This document shows positions 16,383 to 25,224 of a stretch of 38,464 bases of DNA, in pieces (position 1 is the first letter of the stretch; every line of letters begins with the position of its first letter). A model generated the notes under the pieces. The model was not told the DNA's origin and did no database searches. It saw only the letters and a program-made list of their open reading frames with translations. The stretch is taken from positions 1 to 38,464 of the forward strand of contig CATJIY010000073.1 in the NCBI GenBank assembly GCA_949740695.1. Direction: 5' to 3'. The stretch comes from an uncultured Eubacteriales bacterium (GTDB lineage: Bacteria > Bacillota > Clostridia > Oscillospirales > Butyricicoccaceae). A program made the position numbers and the translations under genes.

Positions 16383-17837
16383 TCATCCCCGCTTCCAGCG
16401 GACGCCGCCGGGGATGTCGGTCAACTCCACCCCCTGGGCCTTTAGCTCCGCTCGAATGGCGTCCGCCCGGGCAAAATCCTTGCCTTTTTTCGCATCTGCC
16501 CGGGCTTGAATCAGTGCTTCAACTCCCGCATCCCCCTGACCATCCTCCGAAATGATGGTAAAGCCTGCGGCGGGCGCCGCCTGAACCGCAGCCGCATCCT
16601 TGCGTTTTTGGGCGGCGGCAGACAGCAGGTTCAAACTGAGCACACTGTCAAACTCGCCCAGCAGCGCCAGCTTTTCTTTATCCCCCAAAGAAGCCTTCAA
16701 TACATCATACAAAACGGTCACCGCCAACGAGGTGTTCAAATCGTTATCTAGCGCTTCATGGAACCGGTCCCGCAACGCTTGCGCCTGTTCCCCTCCAGCG
16801 CCGCCGTCCCCCGGCTTGAGGGCGGCGATACGTGCGATCAGCTTTTGATAAGCGGTAGCCGCATTGTCCAGCCCTTCCCAGGTAAAAACCAAGTTGCGCC
16901 GGTAGTGGCTTTGCAGGCAGAACATCCGGTAAGCCATGGGATCATAGCCCTTTTTCTCCAACAGCGATACGGTAAGAAATTCTCCCTTGGATTTACTCAT
17001 CTTTCCAGTAGCGTCATTTAAATGAAGCACATGGAACCAGAAATTACACCATTTATGCCCCAAATAAGCCTCTGACTGGGCAATCTCGTTCGTATGATGG
17101 GGAAAGGCGTTGTCTACGCCGCCACAGTGAATATCCAGCCGTTCTCCCAGATGTTTGATGGAGATCGCTGAGCACTCAATGTGCCAGCCTGGATAGCCTA
17201 CCCCCCAAGGGGAATCCCATTTCAACGCCTGATCCTCAAATTTAGACTTCGTAAACCATAAAACAAAGTCATTTTTATTGCGCTTGTTACCGTCCTCTTC
17301 CACACCTTCTCGAACGCCCACCATCAAGTCGTCGTCCTCATGCTTTTGGAACACATAATACTGATCCAGCTTGGAAGTATCGAAATACACGTTTCCCCCA
17401 GCCTGATAAGCGTAGCCTTTATCCAGAAGACCCTGAATCATCTGAATGAATTCTGGGACGCAGCGAGTGGCTGGCGCCACCACGTCCGGCCGCTTGATGT
17501 TCAGCTTTTCGCAATCGCTGAAAAAAGCGTCTGTGTAAAACTGAGCCACCTCCAGGACCGTCTTGCGCTCCCGGCGAGCACCCTTGAGCATTTTATCCTC
17601 CCCAGTATCCGCGTCCGAGGAAAGATGGCCTACATCGGTGATATTCATCACTCTCATGACCTCATAACCCAAATAACGGAGATACTTTTCCAGTGCATCC
17701 TCCATGATATAGGTCCGCAAGTTACCGATATGGGCATAGTGATAAACCGTCGGGCCGCAGGTATACATAGCCACCTTTCCCGACTGGTTGGTTTGAAAAT
17801 ACTCCTTTTGATGGGAGAGGGAATTGTAGAGCTGCAT
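16383..17837 (-). CDS. cysS: Cysteine--tRNA ligase
   Basis: 484 aa. N-terminus YTCGPTVYHYAHIGNLRTY (HIGH-type), KMSKS motif present, C-terminal DALR-type domain. Confidence 0.93.
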   Translation of the reverse strand: MQLYNSLSHQKEYFQTNQSGKVAMYTCGPTVYHYAHIGNLRTYIMEDALEKYLRYLGYEVMRVMNITDVGHLSSDADTGEDKMLKGARRERKTVLEVAQFYTDAFFSDCEKLNIKRPDVVAPATRCVPEFIQMIQGLLDKGYAYQAGGNVYFDTSKLDQYYVFQKHEDDDLMVGVREGVEEDGNKRNKNDFVLWFTKSKFEDQALKWDSPWGVGYPGWHIECSAISIKHLGERLDIHCGGVDNAFPHHTNEIAQSEAYLGHKWCNFWFHVLHLNDATGKMSKSKGEFLTVSLLEKKGYDPMAYRMFCLQSHYRRNLVFTWEGLDNAATAYQKLIARIAALKPGDGGAGGEQAQALRDRFHEALDNDLNTSLAVTVLYDVLKASLGDKEKLALLGEFDSVLSLNLLSAAAQKRKDAAAVQAAPAAGFTIISEDGQGDAGVEALIQARADAKKGKDFARADAIRAELKAQGVELTDIPGGVRWKRG

Positions 17838-17842
17838 AGCGC

Positions 17843-18406
17843 TCAGGCTCCTTTCTGGGTAAATCCGTCTTTAATGACGGCGTAGTTGTCAATCAAATAG
17901 GTAGCTCCCGAAATAGCCGTAATGATGACGGTGAGCCAAATCAATCCATCCTGCAAACACAACGGGCCCAGATAAATAGGGTCCATGGGGATCAGCAGGA
18001 TGATGATAGTAACCATGGTAATCAAGGTTTTGGCCTTTCCCCAGATATTTGCCGCGATAACCAGGCCGCTGGATGCGGCTACCATCCGCAAAGCGGATAC
18101 AATAAATTCCCGCCCAAGAATGATGGTTACCGCCCAAGAGGGAATAATCCCCTGCTCGACAAACAGCAGCAGCGCGGCCATTACCAATAATTTATCGGCC
18201 ACCGGGTCCATAAACTTTCCAAAGTTTGTAACCTGATGGTTCCGGCGGGCCAGCTGTCCATCCACATAATCAGTGAGGCAAGCAACGACATAGACCGCCA
18301 GCGCCGCGATATCGCAAGTCGGGGTTCCCTGATAGGCCAGGGCCAAAAATACCGGGATCAATATCACTCGAGCGCAAGTGAGCATATTGGGAAGGGTCAT
18401 AATCAA
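17843..18406 (-). CDS. pgsA: CDP-diacylglycerol--glycerol-3-phosphate 3-phosphatidyltransferase
   Basis: 187 aa membrane protein with the CDP-alcohol phosphatidyltransferase motif DYVDGQLARR...GKFMDPVADK. Confidence 0.9.
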   Translation of the reverse strand: MIMTLPNMLTCARVILIPVFLALAYQGTPTCDIAALAVYVVACLTDYVDGQLARRNHQVTNFGKFMDPVADKLLVMAALLLFVEQGIIPSWAVTIILGREFIVSALRMVAASSGLVIAANIWGKAKTLITMVTIIILLIPMDPIYLGPLCLQDGLIWLTVIITAISGATYLIDNYAVIKDGFTQKGA

Positions 18407-19740
18407 TCATCCTCCTGACCGGTCATTGTGCCATACAGGTCGCAGCCCTCGGCATAGGTTACGCGAATCGTGACAAATTGGCCTTCCTGAGCGCTACCCT
18501 CAAAATATACCAGACCGTCCACCTCGGGAGCGTCCATATAGCTGCGGCCAAACCAGCGGCCGTCCTCCTGTCCGCAGACCAACACGTTCAGTTCCCGGCC
18601 AACCTGCCGGGCAGAATGTTCCTCCATCACCCGTTCCTGGAGGGCATAGAGCTGGGCTTGCCGCCGCTCCTTTTCCTCTTGGGACAGTTGGCCGGGCATC
18701 TCCGCCGCAGAAGAACCTTCTTCCTGAGAATAGCAAAAGACCCCCACCCGTTCCAACCGGTATTCTTCTAAAAAATCATACAGCGCCTGAAACTCCTCTT
18801 CCGTTTCCCCTGGAAAGCCCACAATCAAACTAGTCCGAATGACAGCGTTGGACATCAACGCCCGAATACGATCGATCCGCTCCCGAACCAGAGCGCCGCC
18901 TCCCCGGCGGTTCATATCCCGCAGCACCCGGTCATGAATGTGCTGGATCGGGATATCAAAATAAGGCAGTATCTTTTCGCTATGGGCAATGTATTCCAAA
19001 AGACCGTCTTCAATTTCATCAGGATAAAGATAATGGAGCCGAATCCACCGAATACCCGCTACTTTTTCCAGCCGGCGGAGCAGCTCGGTCAGGCAGGGCT
19101 TGCCATATAGATCTTTCCCATATCGGGTCACGTCCTGCGCTACGATTAATAATTCCTTTGCTCCTTGAGCCGCTAAAGCCTCCGTCTCCTGTACCAGTTC
19201 CTCCATAGGCACACTGCGGAAAGCCCCTCGAATCTGAGGAATGACGCAATAGGCGCACCGGTTGTCGCATCCCTCGGCTATCCTTAGATAGACCGAATAA
19301 GCGGGAGTCAACAATACCCGGGGGCCAGTGAGGCAGCTTTGCTCTCTAGGGGCAAACCAAGTTCGCCGGCCGGCGCCGGAAAGCGCCTGCGTCACCGCCT
19401 CCACAATCTCATCATAGCTGCCGGTGCCTAAGGCGGCGTCCACCTCGGGCAGCTCGGCAAGAAACTCCTTTTGATACCGCTGGGAAAGGCACCCGGAAAC
19501 AATGAGTGCTTTCAGCTTGCCTTCGGCCTTGCGCTGACCCAGCTGGAGGATGGTTTGGATGGCTTCCTCCTTGGCGCTGTCGATAAAGCCGCAGGTATTG
19601 ACAATCGCCGCGTCCGCCCCTTCAGGGGAATTCAGCAGCGTCATGCCGGCCCGTTCCAACCGGGCCAACATCTGCTCGGAATTTACCAGATTTTTGGCGC
19701 AGCCCAAGGAAACCAAATAAATACAAGGTTGATGATTCAC
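18403..19740 (-). CDS. rimO: Ribosomal protein S12 methylthiotransferase RimO
   Basis: 445 aa. N-terminal MTTase domain (SLGCAKN), radical SAM CDNRCAYC, C-terminal TRAM domain. GTG start overlaps the recX stop (GTGA). Confidence 0.85.
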   Translation of the reverse strand: MNHQPCIYLVSLGCAKNLVNSEQMLARLERAGMTLLNSPEGADAAIVNTCGFIDSAKEEAIQTILQLGQRKAEGKLKALIVSGCLSQRYQKEFLAELPEVDAALGTGSYDEIVEAVTQALSGAGRRTWFAPREQSCLTGPRVLLTPAYSVYLRIAEGCDNRCAYCVIPQIRGAFRSVPMEELVQETEALAAQGAKELLIVAQDVTRYGKDLYGKPCLTELLRRLEKVAGIRWIRLHYLYPDEIEDGLLEYIAHSEKILPYFDIPIQHIHDRVLRDMNRRGGGALVRERIDRIRALMSNAVIRTSLIVGFPGETEEEFQALYDFLEEYRLERVGVFCYSQEEGSSAAEMPGQLSQEEKERRQAQLYALQERVMEEHSARQVGRELNVLVCGQEDGRWFGRSYMDAPEVDGLVYFEGSAQEGQFVTIRVTYAEGCDLYGTMTGQEDD

Positions 19741-20204
19741 GGTTCTTCCTCCATTTGTTCGGAATAGGCGGCAAGAGCGGCATGGATTTCCTCCCAGGAA
19801 AATCCACGGCGGAACAATCCGTCGGCCGCCCGCTTGAGAGCTTTTCGGTCAGGGCTTCCTTCAGGCAGCTTGGAGCGAAGATACCGCTCCAGCTTTTCTG
19901 GGTGGAGCACATAGTCCTCCATAGATGCGTCAATATCACCAGGGTCCAGCCCCTTTTCCCGCAGGCGCTGCCGGATACGGGCCGGACCATAGCCCCGGGC
20001 ACACAAATCCCGTACCAATAACCGGCCGTATTCCCCATCGTTCAGATAGCCCAGCTCCTGTAGCCGGGCCACCGCCCAGGCTGCGTCCTGTTCTTCCGCC
20101 CCTTTTTCCAACAGACGGTTATAGAGCGCGCTGCTGGAACGCTGGCGGTATTCCAACACATTGGCCGCCATCCGCAGGGTCTTTTCCCTGGAATCCGCTT
20201 CCAT
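19737..20204 (-). CDS. recX: RecA regulator RecX
   Basis: 155 aa helical-repeat protein immediately downstream of recA (ALRMAANVLEYRQRSSSALYNRLLEKG...). Confidence 0.8.
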   Translation of the reverse strand: MEADSREKTLRMAANVLEYRQRSSSALYNRLLEKGAEEQDAAWAVARLQELGYLNDGEYGRLLVRDLCARGYGPARIRQRLREKGLDPGDIDASMEDYVLHPEKLERYLRSKLPEGSPDRKALKRAADGLFRRGFSWEEIHAALAAYSEQMEEEP

Positions 20205-20232
20205 GGCTCACGCCCTCCCGTCTGCCATCCAA

Positions 20233-21369
20233 TCAGTCATCCTCAAAGTCATCGGCAAAGACCTCTACATTGTTTTTGGCTGCCCGCCCTTTTGCGGCGG
20301 ATTTTGTGGGAGCCGTTTTCGTTGGCTCTTTGGGCGCTTCCTGCACTTCCCCTTTGGCAGCGTCCGCAGCCTCATCCTTAACCTCGTCTTTACCGGTGAG
20401 TTTTTCCACAATTTTGCTCTGAACCGCCGCCATAGCCTCCGGGTGATCTTTAAAATACTGTTTGGCGGCGTCCCTGCCCTGACCCAGCCGTTCCTCGTCC
20501 ATATAGAACCAAGCCCCCGACTTCTGCACAAAACCAAACTTAACTCCCATATCCACAATCTCGCCCACTTTGGAAATACCCTCGCCGTACATGATGTCAA
20601 ATTCGGCCTCTTTAAAGGGCGGCGCAATCTTGTTTTTCACGACCTTGGCCCGGGTGCGGCTGCCAATGAGGATGGAGCCGTTTTTCAGATGCTCGATGCG
20701 TCGAATTTCAATCCGCACGCTGGAGTAAAATTTCAACGCCCGGCCGCCTGTAGTGGTCTCCGGATTACCATACATCACGCCGATTTTTTCCCGCAGCTGA
20801 TTGATAAAGATCACCACACAGTTGCCTTTGGCAATAGCGCCTGCCAATTTACGCAAAGCCTGGCTCATCAGCCGGGCTTGAAGGCCCACAAAGCTATCCC
20901 CCATTTCGCCCTCAATCTCGGCCTTGGGCACCAGAGCGGCCACTGAGTCCACCACCAAAACGTCGATGGCTCCAGACCGCACCAATGCCTCGGCAATCTC
21001 CAGCGCTTGTTCGCCGGTATCCGGCTGAGAAACCAACAAACTGTCGGTGTCCACCCCCAAAGCTTTTGCATAGACCGGGTCTTGCGCGTGCTCAGCATCA
21101 ATAAAGGCAGCTTCACCCCCAGCCTTCTGCGCCGAGGCAATGACATGGAGAGCGATGGTGGTCTTACCAGAGGATTCCGGACCATAAATCTCTACAATAC
21201 GCCCCCGGGGAACCCCGCCGATGCCCAGGGCCACATCCAACGACACTGATCCAGTGGAAATAGCTTCTACCTGCATGCCTGGGTTCTCTCCCAGACGCAT
21301 GACTGTTCCCTTTCCATATTGTTTTTCCAACTGCTGGAGGGCAGTCTCCAGCGCCTTTTGCTTATCCAT
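20233..21369 (-). CDS. recA: Recombinase RecA with extended C-terminal tail
   Basis: Canonical RecA sequence ([31 protein letters not shown]). 378 aa, with a ~55-aa Lys/Ala/Pro/Glu-rich tail ending FADDFEDD. Confidence 0.97.
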   Translation of the reverse strand: MDKQKALETALQQLEKQYGKGTVMRLGENPGMQVEAISTGSVSLDVALGIGGVPRGRIVEIYGPESSGKTTIALHVIASAQKAGGEAAFIDAEHAQDPVYAKALGVDTDSLLVSQPDTGEQALEIAEALVRSGAIDVLVVDSVAALVPKAEIEGEMGDSFVGLQARLMSQALRKLAGAIAKGNCVVIFINQLREKIGVMYGNPETTTGGRALKFYSSVRIEIRRIEHLKNGSILIGSRTRAKVVKNKIAPPFKEAEFDIMYGEGISKVGEIVDMGVKFGFVQKSGAWFYMDEERLGQGRDAAKQYFKDHPEAMAAVQSKIVEKLTGKDEVKDEAADAAKGEVQEAPKEPTKTAPTKSAAKGRAAKNNVEVFADDFEDD

Positions 21370-21498
21370 GCAAACACCTCGTTCTATCCGCCCTTCCCTG
21401 ATGGGAAAACAGCGCTTTTTTCTATTCTACACGACTTTAGACAATGCTTTAGCCCTCTCATTTTTGGAGGCCGATTTTTTAATTTTTAAGCCGCAACC

Positions 21499-21987
21499 TT
21501 AAATCTGTTTAGAAATAAAATGTACGCACCCATTTGAGGGCTGTAAAATATGCGGTATCAATTCCATAGGATATACTTTTGCGCCGTTTTTCAGCTGCTC
21601 CAATGGAACCCAACAAAAATCCAGATCTATCCGTTCCTGATCCAAGTCGTCATACCCAGAAAAGATACCTTCCATTGGAATATCCGGTTTTAACAGCTCT
21701 ACGCTGTAATAAAAACAAATTTGATGACAAGGCCTTTTCCCCCAAGGAAAAAAGATCTCGCCTACCGCCAACAGCTTTCCTACTTTTATGTTCGTGTGAA
21801 GTTCTTCCTCAAATTCTCTTTTTAAAGTTTCCGCAGAGGTTTCCAATCCTGCTACATGCCCCCCAATAATGGAATAATCATCATTTTTGGGGCGCTGCAA
21901 TAATATTTTATCGTTTTGGATCAAAATTCCACCAACCCGATAGGAAAAAACCATGTCATCCATTTTAAATAAGATGTCTCTTTCCAT
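21499..21987 (-). CDS. NUDIX hydrolase
   Basis: 162 aa with NUDIX box GGHVAGLETSAETLKREFEEELH. RBS GGAG precedes the ATG at 21987. The gene is visibly AT-richer than its neighbours. Confidence 0.8.
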   Translation of the reverse strand: MERDILFKMDDMVFSYRVGGILIQNDKILLQRPKNDDYSIIGGHVAGLETSAETLKREFEEELHTNIKVGKLLAVGEIFFPWGKRPCHQICFYYSVELLKPDIPMEGIFSGYDDLDQERIDLDFCWVPLEQLKNGAKVYPMELIPHILQPSNGCVHFISKQI

Positions 21988-22039
21988 AAAGTTCTCCTTT
22001 CAATATCTTCCACTGCTTCCGCCCCCAGAAGATTCTTTT

Positions 22040-22269
22040 CTATATGCTGTTCTTCTTGCTTCCAGGCAAAAACTGGGCAAACAAAAGATCTTCCGCCGCT
22101 CCCAACTGTCCCTGCCGAAGCAAACCAGTAAGTTCATCCATCAAGGTCTGCGTCTGCTGATCCTCTATTGCGTATTCCCCGTTTCCCCGCTCTTTCCAAA
22201 TAGCAATTTCGCCAAAACCATAGTGACCAGTTCAATCTGCCGCATCAACCAATCCTGTTGCATGAACAT
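22040..22269 (-). pseudogene. DUF6483-like gene interrupted by a frameshift
   Basis: Minus strand encodes MFMQQDWLMRQIELVTMVLAKLLFGKSGETGNTQ*, with the stop at 22165-22167. The homology continues in another frame as YAIEDQQTQTLMDELTGLLRQGQLGAAEDLLFAQ...*, ending at 22040. The break is at GGGGAAACGGGG. DWLMRQI and AEDLLF match my recollection of DUF6483. Confidence 0.45.
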
Positions 22270-22303
22270 TAGACAAAACTCCCTTTTCACTAGTCACAGC
22301 TGT

Positions 22304-22332
22304 ATTATAGCAAACTTTTCTATCTATGACAA
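22304..22332 (-). promoter_or_regulatory. Consensus-like SigA promoter in front of the DUF6483-like gene
   Basis: Minus strand reads TTGTCA (22332-22327), 17-nt spacer, TGcTATAAT (-10 at 22309-22304). RBS GGGAG lies 9 nt before the ATG at 22269. Confidence 0.6.
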
Positions 22333-22503
22333 GGCAACCGGCAAACTGCTGAAACGCTTTTCTGATTAGGACTAGTATACTGTATTTTTCCAATAAACGC
22401 AATGGCCTAAAGCTTTTTCCCCAAAGCCGGGCAAGTACAGATCCGCCTTTCCTATACCTGCCATTCTGCCCGCCAGCGCCACAAAAGGGGGCGCCAGCCA
22501 CCT

Positions 22504-23217
22504 TTAAAACACATAATACCGAAAGGTAGTTTCCGCGATTTCTTTCATGATCCCGGCCATTTCCTCCGCTGTCCATGGCTCTTCCCGAAAATACATAGAC
22601 ACCGGAGCAAAAGCGCTGTGGTCGGCGCTGCCGTCCCGCTTAAACACATAGGTCCGATTGAGGGGATAAAACTGATTGAGCATGCTCACCTTGGACAACA
22701 CGGTCTTTTCCTCTGGGGCAAAGTCGCACCCGCTGCCAAAACAAACAAAGGGGGTCACCTTGTCGTGGTTCATCATAGCCCGGATACCTGTGAGGTTTTT
22801 CCCCAGCCGCTCAATGGCGTTGCCAGTGGCCTGTCGTCCCTTGCCCTCCTGCGCCCGCTTATCATTGGTGCCTTGCCGTTTGACCTCGGCAAAAAGCAAG
22901 GGCAGCCGCTGGCTCCCATCTTTTTTTACTAAAAAGAGCACCCCGCCATCGGGAACGATGCTTCGATCCATGTACTGATAATCAAACTCAGCCCGTTGAC
23001 CATGGGCCTTGATATGCTCCAGCATGTGCTCCACCTGGAGGGATTTTTCATATTGCAACCCATATTCTCCATAGGTTTCTGTAAAATCAAACCGGTCTTT
23101 TAGATAACCCATCACCCACCCCATGGCCCGCTCAATGGCCTTATCATCCTTTTGGGACAAGCTATTTTTGGGTTTATGCTGTTCCAAGCGGGTTCGCAAG
23201 CTTTCCGACTGACTCAT
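22504..23217 (-). CDS. Type II restriction endonuclease, EcoRI family
   Basis: 237 aa. IVPDGGVLFLV...LLFAEVKRQG (PD...E-x-K) and ATGNAIERLGKNLTGI align with EcoRI IKPDGGIVEV...LVAEAKHQG and AAGNAIERSHKNISEI (EcoRI sequence from memory). TPFVCFGSGCDF aligns with FPYVLFLEGSNF. Confidence 0.8.
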   Translation of the reverse strand: MSQSESLRTRLEQHKPKNSLSQKDDKAIERAMGWVMGYLKDRFDFTETYGEYGLQYEKSLQVEHMLEHIKAHGQRAEFDYQYMDRSIVPDGGVLFLVKKDGSQRLPLLFAEVKRQGTNDKRAQEGKGRQATGNAIERLGKNLTGIRAMMNHDKVTPFVCFGSGCDFAPEEKTVLSKVSMLNQFYPLNRTYVFKRDGSADHSAFAPVSMYFREEPWTAEEMAGIMKEIAETTFRYYVF

Positions 23218-23218
23218 C

Positions 23219-24334
23219 TTAGCCCTCCTTTTTCAACAAAAAGAGATACTCGTTTACATAAAGGCTCCGGCCGGCAAGGTTCCGGCTGGCCCGATAAGCG
23301 TTATAGGCAATCTCAGTGCGGGTAAAAGTCCCTAAACGGGCAAGCAAGGATTCCATTTGCTCTAACGTGATAAATCCCTCGGAGTTATAAGAAATCAGTA
23401 AATATCGGGCGTCCAGCTTTTCCAGCAAGGCCGAAAAAGCCGGCAGAGCCTTGGCCTGCTTATTATAATCCGACCGGTTCCATCCCTGAGGGATCCCCGA
23501 AACCTGACTGATAGGGCCGGGGAGACGGTTTTCCGCAATCACATTCAACATAAAATAATTGGATCCATAAGGATGCTGGTTATAAGGAGGATCCAGATAT
23601 ACCAAGTCCAGCGGCGGCAAATGTTCGGCCAGCGTCCCGGCGTCTTGCCGGAAGATCCTGCTTTGACAAGAAAAAGCAGAAAGTACCGGCCGCCGCAGCT
23701 CTACCCGGCCCAAGATACGAGGGAGCGCGTTTTCCCCGTTTCCACCAAACTTACCCACGCCTGTGGCGCTGTCTTTATAAAAACCCTTAAACACGCCGCC
23801 GGTATTGTTGTGAACCGAAGCCTCCGCAAGCAGCGGTCCCAAAAAAAATGGCCGCAAACCCTCCGGCAAAGTATCAATGTACCCACGCAAAGTATCAATG
23901 ATCCGAGCATTTTCCCCAGTATAAAAGACCCGCTCCCCCGGTTGGATGCTATCATCCCTCCGCGGAGCATAATGCTCCGCAAGGATCCCCTGTTCCAGCG
24001 GCTCTTTCAGCCAGGCCTGCGCATTAGAAAAGGCCTTTTCATAATCCTCTTTGGGGAAGTCCTTCCGATTGGCCAGATAGCACTGGTTTAAAATAGCGCT
24101 GTAGCCCTCCAAATCATTGACATAAAGCTCTTGGGCATGCCGTTTCATCAACCGGGCCACCGCTCCCGACCCAGAAAACAAGTCGCCGCAGACCAGCTTT
24201 CGTCCGCCCAATTTGTCCCGGACCACACAGATCTGCCGGTCGATATCCTCCAACAAGGCTCGCTTATTGCCCAGATAAGTAATGAGTTGGCTTTTGAGAT
24301 AGGCCGGACACTCGGCGGCATACCGCTGACTCAT
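23219..24334 (-). CDS. N6-adenine DNA methyltransferase, Dam-like (D12 class) motif order
   Basis: YLGNKRALLEDI, motif I GDLFSGSGAV, then motif IV VYLDPPYN. The stop TAA is 1 nt from the nuclease ATG. I prefer the ATG at 24334, which overlaps the prmC stop (ATGA). A GTG at 24352 is the alternative start. Confidence 0.8.
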   Translation of the reverse strand: MSQRYAAECPAYLKSQLITYLGNKRALLEDIDRQICVVRDKLGGRKLVCGDLFSGSGAVARLMKRHAQELYVNDLEGYSAILNQCYLANRKDFPKEDYEKAFSNAQAWLKEPLEQGILAEHYAPRRDDSIQPGERVFYTGENARIIDTLRGYIDTLPEGLRPFFLGPLLAEASVHNNTGGVFKGFYKDSATGVGKFGGNGENALPRILGRVELRRPVLSAFSCQSRIFRQDAGTLAEHLPPLDLVYLDPPYNQHPYGSNYFMLNVIAENRLPGPISQVSGIPQGWNRSDYNKQAKALPAFSALLEKLDARYLLISYNSEGFITLEQMESLLARLGTFTRTEIAYNAYRASRNLAGRSLYVNEYLFLLKKEG

Positions 24335-25224
24335 ACTGCCGGCGGGTCCCACAAACCCCAGACCACCCGCTCTACCCCCGCCAGGTCACAAGCAAACTGC
24401 ACAAAGTCAAATCCGTTCTTCTCCATAATCTCCATCACCTGCTCATACTGTCCCAGCCCTACCTCAAAGGCCAACGCTCCGCCTCGTGTCAAAACGCCAT
24501 TGTAATTTTTGCATACCCAACGATAAAAAGACAGCCCATCGGCGCCGCCGTCCAGCGCCATATGAGGTTCGATTTGCACTTCAGCGTCCAACCCAGCAAT
24601 TTCCTCTGTCGGGATGTAAGGCGGATTGCATACGATCAAGTGAAATTTCCCCAACACCGAGGCAGCCTTTTGGCGGGCGTCAGCCAGAACGGTCACACCC
24701 CGGGCGGTGAGGTGATTTCGAATCAGATTGCGCCTGGCAACCTCCAGCGCCGGCTCAGAAAGATCAGCAAACACACCGCTAATCCCCTCGCTCACATTGC
24801 TTAAAACCGCGATCCCCACACAGCCGGTACCGCAGCACAAATCCAGTACCCGGCCCTTGCTCCGGTCTTTTAACAAGCCGATACCCACCTCGGCCAGCTT
24901 TTCCGTATCCGGCCGGGGAATCAAGGTATCGGCAGTCACCTCCATGGGCAGACCGTAAAACTCCCACCGGCCGGTAATATGTTGAAGAGGGATACCGCTG
25001 TACCGCCGTTCCTTGAGTTGCTCAATCCGCTCCTCGTCCTTGTCAAAGATGTATTGGCCCCGCTTGCCGTCCAGCTCTTCCGGCTCCAGGTTCAGCGCAA
25101 AAGCCACCAGCTCCCTTGCCTCCACTTGATAACCGGCGATGCCCTTTTTACGAAACTCAGCCCGCAGGTCTAGGTATGCGTCGTTGATTGTCCGGATCAT
25201 ATTACCATTCGTCCTCTCCCTCAT
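24331..25224 (-). CDS. prmC: Release factor glutamine N5-methyltransferase PrmC (HemK)
   Basis: 297 aa. SGIPLQHITG block, motif I VLDLCCGTGCVG and the NPPY motif (IVCNPPYIP). Confidence 0.9.
   Translation of the reverse strand: MRERTNGNMIRTINDAYLDLRAEFRKKGIAGYQVEARELVAFALNLEPEELDGKRGQYIFDKDEERIEQLKERRYSGIPLQHITGRWEFYGLPMEVTADTLIPRPDTEKLAEVGIGLLKDRSKGRVLDLCCGTGCVGIAVLSNVSEGISGVFADLSEPALEVARRNLIRNHLTARGVTVLADARQKAASVLGKFHLIVCNPPYIPTEEIAGLDAEVQIEPHMALDGGADGLSFYRWVCKNYNGVLTRGGALAFEVGLGQYEQVMEIMEKNGFDFVQFACDLAGVERVVWGLWDPPAV

Noticed and set aside
20161-20946. 261-aa plus-strand ORF antisense to recA and recX
   Set aside because: It overlaps the canonical recA CDS and has an implausible composition.
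21371-21384. LexA-box lookalike GAACGAGGTGTTTG just upstream of recA
   Set aside because: The second half-site is TGTT/GTTT rather than GTTC at N4 spacing. The sequence doubles as the recA RBS (GAGGTG).
21953-22576. ORFs 21953..22369 (+) and 22232..22576 (-) in the NUDIX to restriction-gene interval
   Set aside because: The translations are not protein-like, and one overlaps the nuclease 3' end. The region is better explained by the promoter and the frameshifted DUF6483-like gene on the minus strand.
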